DNA of 53,164 nt, counting the filler, from Catajapyx aquilonaris (lineage: Eukaryota), in NCBI GenBank assembly GCA_000934665.2. It is 2 parts of 2 records of this genome, joined end to end, with 100 filler letters (N's around TTAATTAATTAA, not from the genome) between each part and the next. Parts side by side here need not be neighbours in the genome. Positions count along the whole stretch, not along the records: positions 26,636 to 53,164 come from JYFJ02005191.1; 1 more part is not named here. The stretch is one strand, 5' to 3'. The translations under genes were made by a program, and so were the position numbers. A model generated the notes under the pieces. The model was not told the DNA's origin, ran no database searches, and worked only from the letters and a program-made list of their open reading frames with translations. Below, piece by piece: positions 34,263 through 46,399 of this stretch; position 1 is the stretch's first letter, and every line of letters begins with the position of its first letter.

Positions 34263-34720
34263 TCCATTGGTAAAACCGTCTATCTGCACTTTGGCGCCGA
34301 AATGAGTTAACACTGCCTCGGAAATCACCTGTGCTGAATCCACCGGAAAACCGAACAGAGAAGCGTCTATCTGCACCCTATACGGAAATATAAGCGTGTC
34401 ACAATCATCTATCTGCAAGATATTGATGTAATGCCAAGGCAGAGCCGTCTATCTGCTGCTATCCAATCAGGGACGGAGGTTCTGGTCACATCGAAGATGG
34501 CGTCTCCAGCAGAAGTGGATAGGGCATGTGGGGCTTCCATTTGAGGCCCCGTTGTACCGGATCCTTTCAGTGGATTTGTTTGAAACGTGCCAGGTAAGTA
34601 ATAGAACTAGTCGTAAATCGTATGCGCAAGTAGTCTCGTGCGAAAAGAAAACAAGTGCTTGGATAAGGCGGGTTTTAAAATTTCCATTATTCTGAGCAGA
34701 TAGACGGTTTTGCCTATGGA
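34263..34720. repeat. Inverted-repeat-bounded element with iterated CGTCTATCTGC motif
   Basis: TCCATTGGTAAAACCGTCTATCTGC / GCAGATAGACGGTTTTGCCTATGGA; motif recurs near 34364, 34408 and 34446. Confidence 0.65.
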
Positions 34721-35439
34721 ATTAGGCGGACACATGGAAGAGGAAGGAAATGCAGCCTGCCAGCTAGGTGCAGATGAAGCAGCCCCTAACTTGCGTTTAC
34801 AAGTGGCTGCAGCTCCAGATGCACCAGGTAATTCATCCAGAGTAGTACGTTTAAAAATACAGAGGTTAAAATCAATTTTGGTACGCATAAGGGAAAATAA
34901 CTAGGCATACAATTGTATTTGAAATTGTAGATCAAAATGTCGACGAAGGTAATGTTGCTGGACCCAGCACACAGATCCACCCGCAACCCCATGATGCAGA
35001 CATTGAGCTGACAGATAGCTCACCATCAAGCGATTGGAAGCCATCTGATGAAGGTGAAAGCGATTCATCATTTGATGAGGGGTTTAAAAAGTTATGTAAA
35101 GAAGCTGGGGTGGTTCCCACACGTCGGATCCAAGCACATCCAGGAAGGCGGATACAAAAAAAAGGAAATTCCTTGTCTGCATCAGCAGCCAGTAATGATG
35201 CTCAGGGATAAACATGACCTGTTAAGAACTGTAATTTTGCATTAAAAGTTGCTGGATGGAGCTAATTATAAGTCAATGCTAACTGAGTAATTATTTTAGT
35301 GACAGATGTGAAGATGGTCCATCATCTGTGTTAACATCACCACCTGGAAGTGCACAGCCTGGAGCAGCAGCTTTTTCCATGATATGTTTCAGCTCTTTTG
35401 CACTTGATGAAAAATGACTGGAAGTGACATGAAAACCTT

Positions 35440-36206
35440 TGTGGTTATTTTTTCTCACTTGTTGGTGATCTTGTTGATGAAAATGGCCCTGTTTGGCAGT
35501 TTTATCTGTTGCTTCGAGACATCACCGACATTTTGTTGTGTGGACCAGTTCAGGTGGAGATATGTGTTGTCTTGAGGCAAAAGATAGCTGCCCATCATCG
35601 TATGTATGTTACTTTGTTTCGTGACACCCTGAAACCAAAACATCATTTCATGATTCATTACTCATCTATCCTTAAAAAATCAGGTTGTTTTCTGAATTTT
35701 TCATGCGATCGATTTGAAGCTAACCATCAGCCACATGTACAAGCTGCAAAAGCCACAAAATCCAGGCGAAACATAGCGCACACTCTGGCCATAAAAGAGC
35801 AGCTGAGGTGTGTATACAGGTTGATGGCACATTCAGGCTTATATCCTAAATTTGAAGAAGGGTCCGGAGGAGAAGTATTGTCAAGATCCTTCTCTGATTT
35901 TACCTGAACGTTTTAGGGGTACTATATACAAACCCAATATCTGTGTGGTAGTTGGTCTAGATAATGATAAAAGCCCTGAGTTTGGCATTGTGCAAAAAAA
36001 TATTACTAAACGAGGAGAGTGATGCGTGGTTTATTTATGATGCTCTCCTAAACGTCCACTTCTCTGAGCACTTCCATGATTATGTTGTAAAGCCTGGTGA
36101 TGGGAAATCATCTGTGCTGCTTACAAATCTTTTCGACCATCATCCAATTATGTGGAGTAGCGGATTTGATGGGAATGTCTATGCAACACTTCACCATGCT
36201 TTGTAA
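35440..36206 (+). mobile_element. EnSpm/CACTA-like (animal CMC) transposase C-terminal remnant
   Basis: LKPKHHFMIHY..G..FSCDRFEANH..NIAHTLA..Q. Confidence 0.7.
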
Positions 36207-36404
36207 AGGGATAGTAAGAAAGTGAGAATACATGTCTGACTGATGGTATTGTACATTATGTTAATGCTTCTGATGAAAATGTATTTCATGAGGATTATGA
36301 GAATGTGATATTTATAAATATCAAACACATTAAACATTAAATGTTAAGTTTTGATGTCAAACATGATTTTACAACATGATGCTGTAGTAAAATCATGTTT
36401 CCAG

Positions 36405-36899
36405 AAGAGACGGTCAAGCCAAGGAGGTAAGATTGAACGAAGACTGGCTCTGCAAAACTTGAAAGATGGCAATTCATCAAACGTGAATTTCAGATCCGAT
36501 GGGAATTTGGCCCACCAGGGGGAGGAGCAAGTGCTACTGCCAGACAGTATGCTTCAGGAGGTGGAAAAGGAGGTCATAACTCCTGCGGATGAGGTCCTAA
36601 CCATTGCAGATGAGGGTCAAGGTGATGTAATAAAGGACAACAGCTTACCCTGCAGCCAGTCCACATCTCCCACACCAACATGCGGCAGTAGCGGTAAGAA
36701 GAGGCTGGACAGGAGCGATGCCATAATGCACAACATCAACATGGTAGATGCACAGCTGGCCCAGGCCCCAGAAGACCGCCATGAAATATTTGTAAAGACA
36801 CTGGTTCCATTCTTACGCCTAGTGCCTCCTGAACTAATTGGCGCCTGCCAAATTGACTTGCTCACTACTGCTGTGAAATACTCTAGTGGCAGCCAGTAA
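36405..36899 (+). mobile_element. BESS-motif C-terminus (MADF/BESS protein, Harbinger-accessory-like)
   Basis: Low-complexity linker then DRHEIFVKTLVPFLRLVP..CQIDLL..VKY. Confidence 0.55.
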
Positions 36900-38199
36900 T
36901 GTAGTCAGTGTACAGTACCAGTTTTGTGCCATTTCACGTTAACGCCGGTTGAAAATGACACTTTAAAAATTAAAATTGAAAAATTGTGTTAAATACCCTA
37001 CGTCTACTGCAGTCCTTGCCGAAAAGAAGTGAAAAGAGGAACCTATCACCGTTTATTATCTTACACAGTATGGTACTTTATGAAGGCATACTTACTTTGC
37101 ATGCTCTAATTTTTATTATCATTAGGCAGAAGATAATGACAATATTAAATACTACGCCCGGAAGCAAAAGTGCCATGTGACATTAAAATTAATAGCTGAA
37201 GCGATAATATATTGAATACCAGGCTTCTGGGGCTGTTATCATGTCCTGCATATGGTTTCAGAAGTTAGCTTTCAGCTGAAACGCGTCATCCCCAATGAAT
37301 ACACGAGGAACTTGAAAGTCTGACCCAGGCTGTGTTTTTGGTGGTGGCAAAGGCAGGGTCCCAGCCTCCAGGTTCTTGGAGAACATGAGACGGAAACCAC
37401 AGCCCAGTACGCAGAAAGGAAGCCGTCAATGGGCAAATTCTGAGTCAACAGCTGGAAACATGGAGAGGGATATATGTAAGGCTGCATTAACTTTGAACCA
37501 GCCAATTTTCCCATAGGGGAAACTATAGGAAGCCAGGAGGCACACAAGCAATGGTTGCAGGAAGAATTTAAGAAGCAGAAAAGGAACAAAACCTAAGTGG
37601 AGAAATTAATGCCAATGACGTACGCCTCGCAGAGATATTTCATTAACAGCGGGCCAGTGGGGGGAATTGCCACCATCCGCAGGAAGAGTGGCCTTTTCTG
37701 TTTGAAAAGAGCACCATGATGGCCCACTTTGAGCAGCTAATGGGATCTCCAGCATAGGGAAGGTTCACCCAGGAGCTGGGCTCAAAAACGCCCCAGATAT
37801 TGTCATTTGCAAGAACATCAGGGAAGAGGGCAATCAAAGAAGCTTTGAATGCACTTGATGATGCTGAGGCCTTGGTCCAAAATAACATTCCTCACACTCT
37901 TGGTTTTCTCCATATTGTGACAGCGTACTTCGGGGAAGAACTGAATGTCCTAGGGCGCCATCATGATGTCAGGTCCAGGTACTCTTTCTGAAAAATAGCC
38001 GAATATTGAATCGGTTGCAATATGGAATTCAAATTAGTTGGAGTAACCTTTTCAAACACCTGTGGCGCCACTGCTCACATATTAATTTAATTTAAAAGAC
38101 GTATGAAAGATTCCTACCTAATTTTAATTACCGGAAAGTGCCCCAACCATCCCAGGTCCGGCACCGTACCTACGCGACCCATCCCAAACATCCAAACAC

Positions 38200-38835
38200 C
38201 CTTATCGATTCATTATCTTGTTACACAATCCTAACACTGGTGGTGATACACACTAACCCCGGTGCCACCGCACCGGACACCGCAGTAATAAGGGAAGGCC
38301 TTGCCTTCATCCCGGGAGGGGACTCCCTCCTCTCTGGCAACCACTGGGCCATCGTGACGGATGTCCCCTACCAGCACTACGACAGGTTGCTGGGTAGCCT
38401 GCAGAGAGACTACCAGAAATTTAACACTTTCCTTTCACCCGCCAGGAGGGACTTAAGGGGGAACGAGACGGACAACAATTTTGCAACTTTGATGCAGTAC
38501 CTCAAGGTCAAGGAAGGAAGCCATCTGCTTCAGGAAATTAATTGGCTTGCCCATCGCGTACAGGAACTAAAGCGGTTTTTTGCTGTACCAAGGCTAGATA
38601 GGGACAAACGTGGATTACTTAATGTGGGAGGCCGTGCGCTTAAACGGCTGTTTGGCACTATGGATGAGGATGACATGAACAGAATTAATGGCAAGTTAGA
38701 AGCCTTGGGGAGCCGAAATAACAAGTTGTTGCATTTGGTCAAGGAACAAGTCAGTGTTTTAGATTCGGTCAACGCACGTGAGGTGCGGACTGAAAAGCTG
38801 TTGGGGAAACTTGTTAATGTCACAGGGGATCTAAG
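38200..38835 (+). mobile_element. env: F-type (errantivirus/baculovirus-like) envelope fusion protein, N-terminal half
   Basis: Hydrophobic signal-like segment, NET and NVT sequons, furin site RDKR| followed by fusion peptide GLLNVGGRALKRLFGTMDEDD and a heptad region. Confidence 0.85.
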
Positions 38836-38899
38836 TGCTGCATCGGAGGAAGGGGCAAGTGCTAGTGATGATCCTGATACTAACAGTGAGAGAGACGGC

Positions 38900-39052
38900 G
38901 AAGCACATTCGAAATATGCTATTTTGGACGGCACCTTCTTTGAAAGTGTGAAAACTGGAGATGGAGGAGCGATTATTGCTCGCTGTCGCAAATGTAAAAA
39001 AGACATCAAGAGAAACATCAAGGCCACTGGAAATTTGAAGACCCATTTGCAG
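38900..39052 (+). mobile_element. BED zinc-finger fragment (hAT-type)
   Basis: ARCRKCKKDI..ATGNLKTHLQ followed by donor |GTTAGT. Confidence 0.7.
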
Positions 39053-39559
39053 GTTAGTCTCACACACCCAACCCACCCACACATATGGACATGGGGTGGG
39101 CAATATCATCAGATGATGTGAAAAAGGCGGCACATTTAAATTCTGCAGCATGAATTTTGTGAGTGCCAGATTTAATAAGAATATGTCGATCCTTTCGATG
39201 ATTTTTAAATTGTGATGTAAGTATTTTTTTGGCACCTTTCATTCAAATTATTTGCTCATGTATGTTTTGGCTTTTCGGCACTTTCGTCTATGAGCAGTGC
39301 TTCATAAGAGGGGTCTTTCCGGGAAACTGGAGGGAGATTGAAACCAGAAATAAGGACTGGAGAAATGTATTGTTTTTTGGGTCTTGGGGGCTATAATTAC
39401 AATGTACTGTTGCCATACAGCAAGGAGAGAATGAAACCTCTGACCAGGGCAGCTCTTTCCAAAAGCACCACAAAATGTACACGGAAGCAAGGGCAGCGTA
39501 GGGCCTACATTAAGGACAGTCAATGTACACCAGAAGAGTGTGAATGCATTTACAGTATG

Positions 39560-39950
39560 GGCATGCAGAAGGTTTTCCTGCTGCCCATGATCCACGGATG
39601 CTATCTACAAAGTTGTACGAGAGGACCGAGATGTGAAGCTCTTAGTATTCTGGGCGGACAACTGCACGGCGCAAAATAAGAACAGGATATTTTTCACTGC
39701 TCCTGTCACAATGGTGAATGAAAGTGGTGGGTCAGATGAGAGATGCCTGCGCTTTCTGACAACTGGCCATTCACAAATGAGTACTGACAGCCTTCACGGC
39801 AACATTGAATCGGCCATGATACGGCAAGTCGAGAAGGAAATTTATGATTTCCAGGACCGCATAAAAGTAATTGAGAATAGCCGCAAAGAAGTGATGGTAC
39901 TGTTTCTTCGGGTATGCGGAGAATCCCATAAGTGGAAGAACCCCTCCCCG
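39560..39950 (+). mobile_element. Sola-like DDE transposase remnant
   Basis: WADNCTAQNKN..FLTTGHSQMSTDSLHGNIE. Confidence 0.7.
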
Positions 39951-40377
39951 TGACCCAGGTGTCAATCCGTCACATAGTTGACGATCGCCTCCAGGGTGAG
40001 GGTGTTGACGGATGTAATTTTAGTCAGGAATCCACCAGCCTTGCGTCGATCACGAGGATGCGCATGATAATGCTGATCCAGAAGCCTGTTATTGTCTTGA
40101 TGAGGATGATGCTCTGCATTTGTAGTGTGTTAACATACCTCACCCTTGGTCGCTGAAGCATTTGGCCTTTTCGGATTGAGAATAAATGGTATACATGGAA
40201 ATCCCATGCATTTCTTACTTGTCACAACCCAGCCAATGAGTTGTTTGCATAGAACACGACACATCTGAACATACTACAACACTGTCTTTCGTAATGGGAC
40301 ATCTCGCAAAGGTCGGTATGAAAATGGGATATCTCAGAAACAGTGTTTCAGAGTGGGATGTCTCATATTTACTATTG

Positions 40378-41059
40378 TAATGGGGAAGTAGCCTTGGTCT
40401 GGGATTTGGGATTTTTGTTCATAACTAGCTAGCCCATGTCTGTAAACATACATTCCATCACTCTGTTGCATCAAAATGACATTACTTGATAAATTACGGC
40501 ACATTTAAAAGTGCCTTCAAAATTGGCGGGAAAAACGGGGCAGCCGGGTGGTGCCAATCGAAAGGGTACACTGAAATGCCTGGTTGACTGCGAGATATGA
40601 GGAATTTGACTTTGAATTAACCGCGGACACGACGGAAAGCATTCGCAAGGCGGCTGTAGGCCATCGACGTGGAGAAAGGGGGCCTTCATGTGCCGAATTC
40701 GGGTGACAGATAATTCCTACCAGTTGGCATCACTGCCACATACAAAGCGACTTGAGCGGCCTGGAATAAATACGCGCCCCGGCCGCTATCTTGCTCACGG
40801 AATGGGACGGTTGCTAACAACAGCGAAGCATTTTACAACAATGACGGGGCGCGTTCTATAACACCATTTTTGCGTTCATTTCACTTCGCGTGACGTCAAC
40901 ATTTTCTAGGGAAACAGTGACGTCACCATTTCCCTACGAAAAAACGCCAATATCTCCGGAACTGAAACTGATATCTTAAAACGGAATATGCCAACAAAAT
41001 CCAAAAAATATGGGCGAATTTATTATGTAGTTTCCAAAATGAAGGCTACTTCCCCATTA
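40378..41059. mobile_element. Non-autonomous TIR element (possibly Kolobok-like)
   Basis: 18-bp TIR TAATGGGGAAGTAGCCTT / AAGGCTACTTCCCCATTA. Confidence 0.6.
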
Positions 41060-41069
41060 TGGTGTTATG

Positions 41070-41375
41070 GCACTTGAACTCCTTGCCAAGAATTGAATCA
41101 CATTACTGCAGGAAAGACACTGCTAAGGAGTACTTGGATGGCCAGCTCAACATTAGAAAATTGTATAACATGTATTGCAACCTTTGTGATGAGAGTGGTG
41201 AAAAGAAGGTGACAAAGTATGTACAGGTATATTTTCAACACAGAGTATTATATTGACTTTCAAAAGCCAAAGAAAGACAGGTGCGACATGTGCAAAGAAG
41301 TAAGGATAGGGACATAGATGACTGTCAAAGAGCAGGGCATGGATCAGAAGCATCTGGAGGGGATGGAAGGTCCGA
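41070..41375 (+). mobile_element. Sola-like transposase N-terminal remnant (close copy at 44140-44450)
   Basis: LPRIESHYCRKDTAKEYL..FQKPKKDRCD. Confidence 0.7.
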
Positions 41376-41489
41376 TGTTATGAGAGAAATTGATTTCAGT
41401 AATGTTATTGATGATTTTGCACAACACAAATCCCGCAAGGTACCTTTGCAAAATTGATGTTTTAAATGTACTCTATGAACTTGGATTCA

Positions 41490-42050
41490 TTAAAATCAGC
41501 AAAAGCTCAGACACGTGCACAGACTGTGACAGCATTCAGAGGAAGATGAAAAGCAGCCAGGATCCTGCACAACGCCAGCAACTGGAAATGGAAATGCGTC
41601 TGCATGACACTAGGGCTGAGGCTTTTTATGTCTTGAAAAAGAATATCAAGGCTAGATGTCAGGCAAGCACACAAGAGTTCGCCATAGCGTTTGATTTTAT
41701 GCAGAATTTACCACTGCCAAACGTAACAACTACACAGGTTTTCTACAGCCACCAATTATGGCATTATGTGTTTGGCATCTATGACATTGGCAGTGGGAGC
41801 GCAACCATGTATACCTTCCATGAAGCCCAGGGTAGGCGCGGACAAAATGAGGTGACATCCATGCTGTTCCATTACTTAAAGTATACATTAACCCCAGATG
41901 TGAAGATGTGGTGGTTTTTCTCTGACGGTTGCCCGGCCAGAACAAGAATAACCTAATGTTGCATTGCTGTTACTGTCTGGTCCATATCTTGCATCTGGTT
42001 GAGGAGATAACACATGTGTTCCCCATACGTGGACATTTGTATCTTCCTTG
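41490..42050 (+). mobile_element. Sola-like DDE transposase remnant
   Basis: DTCTDCD..FDFMQNLPLP..FYSHQLWHY..RGQNEVTS..FSDGC(PGQNKN)..FPIRGH. Confidence 0.75.
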
Positions 42051-42329
42051 TAGCTTGAGAATTAGGCTTAACTATCATCTATCATAACCTTAGCCCTTTC
42101 ATGTCAAATGTGTTAAATGTGCCAAACCAACCTCGCTATATATAGAGCTTCGGGCCATCTTCCCAAAAGAGCCACTTTTGCATTAACGCGGGCATAGGTA
42201 CAGCATACGCAAAGGAACGAACCACAGTTCTCAATCTGAAGCTTACAGAGAAAAACCAACATCCGATTTGGATTCAGCACCCTCGAATTAGGTAATGCCT
42301 CAAAAAATTGTTGGCCAGTGTTATCGGCA

Positions 42330-42778
42330 CATAATGAGCAAATTACGGAGGCCATCAAAGCAAAACGTCGCGGAATGCTGAAGAAAGGGGTGAGACTTCT
42401 CCCGGACAATGCCCCAGCTCATTCTGCTCACCAGACAGTGACACTTGTGGCTAGTTTGGGCTATAAAATTCTGCCCCATCCGACTGACCTGGCCCCCAGT
42501 GACTATTTCCTCTTTCCTCGGCTGAAGAATCCAATGCGTGGGAAGCATTTTCGGAACGACGACGACGAGGTGATTTTCGAGGTGGAGCACTTCCTGAATA
42601 GCCAGAAAGAGGACTTTTACAACAAAGGCTTCCGCCAGCTCATCCATAGATGGGAGAATTGTATAACTTTGGGTGGTTCATATGTAGAGAAGGACTAACT
42701 CCACCACCAAATCTTGTGTGAGTAGCTCCCTTATTTCTTGTTCTTGGTGATGATCAAAACTTTATGACAGACCTTCGC
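42330..42778 (+). mobile_element. mariner transposase 3' part with probable right TIR
   Basis: KRRGMLKKGV..DNAPAH..DLAPSDYFLFPRLK..GFRQLIHRWENCI..GSYVEK. Confidence 0.88.
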
Positions 42779-42947
42779 AGTACTGGACAAAAAGTGTGTG
42801 TGTGTGTGTTTTTTTTTGGTAATATATGTTGGCAGGAGGTTAGAATAGAAGCTACTATTACATATCATACACTTCAGGATGGTTGAAAACAATGTCATCA
42901 TGATCTGACCTGAAGGAGAGATCTTAAACAGTTTTCCGTGATTATTA

Positions 42948-43274
42948 TGTGACCGTTTTACGTTAAAGTCAAATGAGGTACCTATTTGTATCCTTGCAAT
43001 TTTTTTATATTTTTCCTTTTTTGACTATGTTACCATTTGATCGAGGTTTCCCATCTTGCATTGCGACATGTATCTCCCCCTATATAAACCCCCGTTCTGT
43101 TACTATCGTGCCCTTTGGTTCAGCAGACACCTTGCTGGCCACTGGTCGTTCCCTCTCTCCTTCCTTTTCCTATTTACGCAACCCTTTTATCTTCGGCAAA
43201 TAAACTGTACTGAACTTGAACCCGTATCTTTGTGCACCTCATTCCGGTCACAAAATTGGTGTCAGAAGTGGGAT
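42948..43274 (+). mobile_element. 5' LTR (42948-43252) with tRNA-Leu(CAA) primer-binding site
   Basis: TGTGACCG...CGGTCACA termini, TATATAAA at ~43081, AATAAA at ~43199; PBS TGGTGTCAGAAGTGGGAT at 43257-43274. Confidence 0.85.
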
Positions 43275-43298
43275 AACGGTAGGACACCACTTTATCAG

Positions 43299-43395
43299 TT
43301 GAAGACCCTGCGCATGTGCTTGGAGACTCTTCGTAAGAACTACCGACAAGGTAGTTCTTACGAAGAGTCTCCAAGCACATGCGGAGGGTCTTCAA
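43299..43395. repeat. 97-nt hairpin with a 46-bp stem (one mismatch) and 5-nt loop
   Basis: TTGAAGACCCTGCGCATG...AAGAACTACC-GACAA-GGTAGTTCTT...GGGTCTTCAA. Confidence 0.95.
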
Positions 43396-43900
43396 ATAAT
43401 TGAATGGGTTAGTGCCATAACGTGCTAAGCCACAAAACCTTCATTCTGAGATATGGGCTTTCAAAAGTTTGGCTTAACATGGCAAATCATACAAAACAAG
43501 GAACATTATTCGTGATTTTCTCGTGATCTATGGGGAATTTTTCTAACTACGTGATGCCCACTTGTGAAGCACGATGGTGGGACTTTCAGACACGTGCAAG
43601 CTCAAAAAACACAAAAGTGTGGCTTAGCACGTTATGGCACTAACCCCTTCAATTGTTAATATTGCCTGTCTTTCGCAGTCGATTTCCTGTGTTCCCAGTG
43701 CGGTTGGTCCTCTCACTACCAGCAAGGTCAACAAGTGACATCTGGGTAATCTGCAATGCCCCCTCATCCTGTGCCACCTCTCCTCCTCCCACTAGATGGG
43801 CTCGGACAAGTCGCAGGTTGAAGACAGCGTGGCTGCGGCTAGACTCAGCATTAAGAGCAGTGTTACCCACACGCCGTTTTTTCTGACCATTGGACAAAGC
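43345..43900 (-). pseudogene. KIF23: Kinesin-6 (KIF23/MKLP1/pavarotti-like) motor-domain fragment interrupted by a MITE
   Basis: [41 protein letters not shown]; removing the MITE continues the frame as YLKTLRMCLETLRKN. Confidence 0.82.
43402..43650. mobile_element. MITE with AATT target duplication (Sola1-like)
   Basis: TIR GAA(T/G)GGGTTAGTGCCATAACGTGCTAAGCCACA; AATT on both sides. Confidence 0.8.
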
Positions 43901-44139
43901 GAGTTCTTCCCATTAACGCCTCAATTAGTTTGGCCCACGAAATAGGGGAAAAAGGACTGGATTTTCTTGCGGTAAAGTGATTTAATTATCACCGTTTAAT
44001 AGGTGGTATCAACCAGGCAAGAGTAACATATTACCACGATCAGAATGCATCTGGCTTCAGGACACCTGACTATAAAAGTGGGCAGCATGGAACCAGGTCA
44101 TTACCTGATGGGATGAAAAATGCGGTACAGGTGCAATTA

Positions 44140-44450
44140 AACTCCTTGCCAAGAATTGAATCGCATTATTGCAGGAAAGACACTGCTAAGGAGTACCTGG
44201 ATGCCCAACTCAACATTAGAAAATTGCGGAAAATTGTATAACATCTATTGTAACCTTTGTGATGAGAGTGGTGAAAAGAAGGTGACTGAAAGTATGTACA
44301 GGTATATTTTCAACACAGTGTATAATATTGACTTTCAAAAGCCAAAGAAAGACAGGTGCGACATGTACGAAAAAGTAAGGATAGGGACATAGACGACTGT
44401 TAAAGAGCAGGGCATGGATCAGAAGCATCTGGAGGGGATGGACGGTCCGA
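44140..44450 (+). mobile_element. Sola-like transposase N-terminal remnant (duplicate of 41070-41375)
   Basis: Direct nucleotide similarity; MYRYIFNTVYNIDFQKPKKDRCD. Confidence 0.7.
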
Positions 44451-45714
44451 ACACACACACACAAAAATAAGCAGATGTACAGTACGCCCTATGTTAATGG
44501 CAACGATGAATTAAATTTTGCTGTAAAAGTGTGGAAAAGCAACGTAATTGAATAGGTGTCTTTTAAAAGTATCCCTGTTTCCAGATTTTCCATGTAGCCC
44601 AGTTTGTGGATAAATCTGTGCACGTGGTCCCTGACGCATGGGTCACCAAAGACCAGAAAGAGTGTCAGTTTCCACCGGATGAATGGATAGGACTGGATGT
44701 AACTAAGGCGATTTTGGCGTCCAAACCATCTGTGCAATCCTGGCAAACGCTTACCATCGAAGTGGTATTTACCCGTGGTATGTATGGTTCTGCACTTATC
44801 TTATTTTCACCTGTGGCTGTAACTGTGTAGATTGCTTGCACCTCGCTCATTATTTTTCAAACAATCATTTCTAGCGGTTATGAAGAATATAAAACTGCCA
44901 GTAAGCACACACCTGGGGCTTCATTTGAGAGTTATCTATTTACCGGCACCTTTTCAAAACCGTAAAGGCCTGCATTAGTTCAAAAGGAATGCACCCATTC
45001 ACCGTAACAAAGTACTTGCAGCTAATGCTGTATTTTAATTACCTTTAAACCTTTAATTTCAGGATGTGAGAGAAATTTTAAAGAATTCAATACCTGGAAG
45101 GTTGGCATCAGCCCCCATTGAAAATGGAGGCTTTAATGCTACTGCTCGAAACAAAACTGGTCGAGGCTTTGATGAACCATGCAGTGAAAAAGTATGGAAA
45201 GTAAAATACTGGTCATTTTTTTCAGTTACATTAGATACTATGCCTTTTACAGGAGGAGGTGATTTTTTTCCCGTTACATTAGATTCACCATAACGTTTAA
45301 AAACCACGACCCCTTAAAACAAGTTCAATTCTTAAATGTGACAATGATGTTATCAATAACATGTCAATGTTCAACTTTCATTACATGCTTGAAACACATT
45401 TTTAAACAGGCCCAACAATGATGATTTTAGTGCCCTGGCACAAGCCATTGTTGGCACTTTCCCTGGTGAAGATAATGTATTGATGGAGATTTTTCCATTT
45501 ACTAGTTGAGAATTTGTCCACTTAACTCTCATCTTTTACACGCTTCCCCACAAAGGCAGGAGTTTTCCCCGCGGACTCCTTCTCGCCAGTCGCACTTCTC
45601 CTCCTTCCCCTCTTGTGTTTTATCACCACCGCTGGAGAGGGAGCTCGACCTTACAGCAAGCGCCTTACCTCCTCCTATGCTAACGCAAGTCCCAGAGGGA
45701 TCCGAGTCCTTGTT

Positions 45715-46170
45715 CCACCAGTATACCATCCATCCGCTACACCAGGTGAACAAGACAGATACTTCTAACCTTTACCAGATGCTCAGGGTTACGGCGGACC
45801 GTCTGGACAATAGGGACGTCGACACAGACATTATGTGCTTCCCCTTCCTTTATCCCAGCGGGCATTACGGCAAGCTTCACCCACGCAATATACACCTCTC
45901 AGACAGCGAGTTCGTCAAGTCCAGGCTTCTATCCTCTGACGCCCGCTACCGGAAAGATCAACAATATCTCTTTCACCTCCTGTAGGACGGCGAGCTCAGG
46001 GCCCTTTCCTCGGGCATCTTCAACACGCTCCAGAGCAGGCGGCCCTCCAACATGACGGCAGCAGCTTTTCTGGACAGCTTTCAGCAGAACGAATCCAGTA
46101 TCGGCCTGCACACGATATTTCTCAACATGCGCGGTACCAGGCAATATTGGTACCAGGCAATATTGGTACC
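45715..46170 (+). mobile_element. Helitron/Helentron Rep remnant
   Basis: DIMCFPFLYPSGHYG..RLLSSDARYRKD..YLF, in-frame stop, ..MRGTRQYW. Confidence 0.72.
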
Positions 46171-46399
46171 AGCGCACCAGCGATTGGAGATCTACTGGGG
46201 AGGCCTATTTTCATCTGATAGTGATTTGGATACACAAACCATTACACCAGCAACAGTACACACCTGACGAGCTCACAAGAGCGAAACCGCGGCCGTGTGT
46301 TAGAAAGATTATACATTAAGTGCAACGACCAGACATGTAAATAGTACGAGTGAGAGACAGGGACCAGCCCTGACGGGCTAACAGAGGGTCCACCCAACA

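Noticed and set aside
29514..39121. A single Maverick carrying an envelope fusogen
   Set aside because: env is ~5 kb from the ATPase, separated by unrelated Gypsy, EnSpm-like and BESS debris, with no shared TIRs; F-type env is more simply explained by an LTR element
43257..43274. tRNA-Leu gene
   Set aside because: Only the 18-nt complement of the tRNA 3' end including CCA, which is a primer-binding site
43056..43403. Mirror-image ORFs on both strands
   Set aside because: Artefact of the hairpin; only the kinesin-derived part is meaningful
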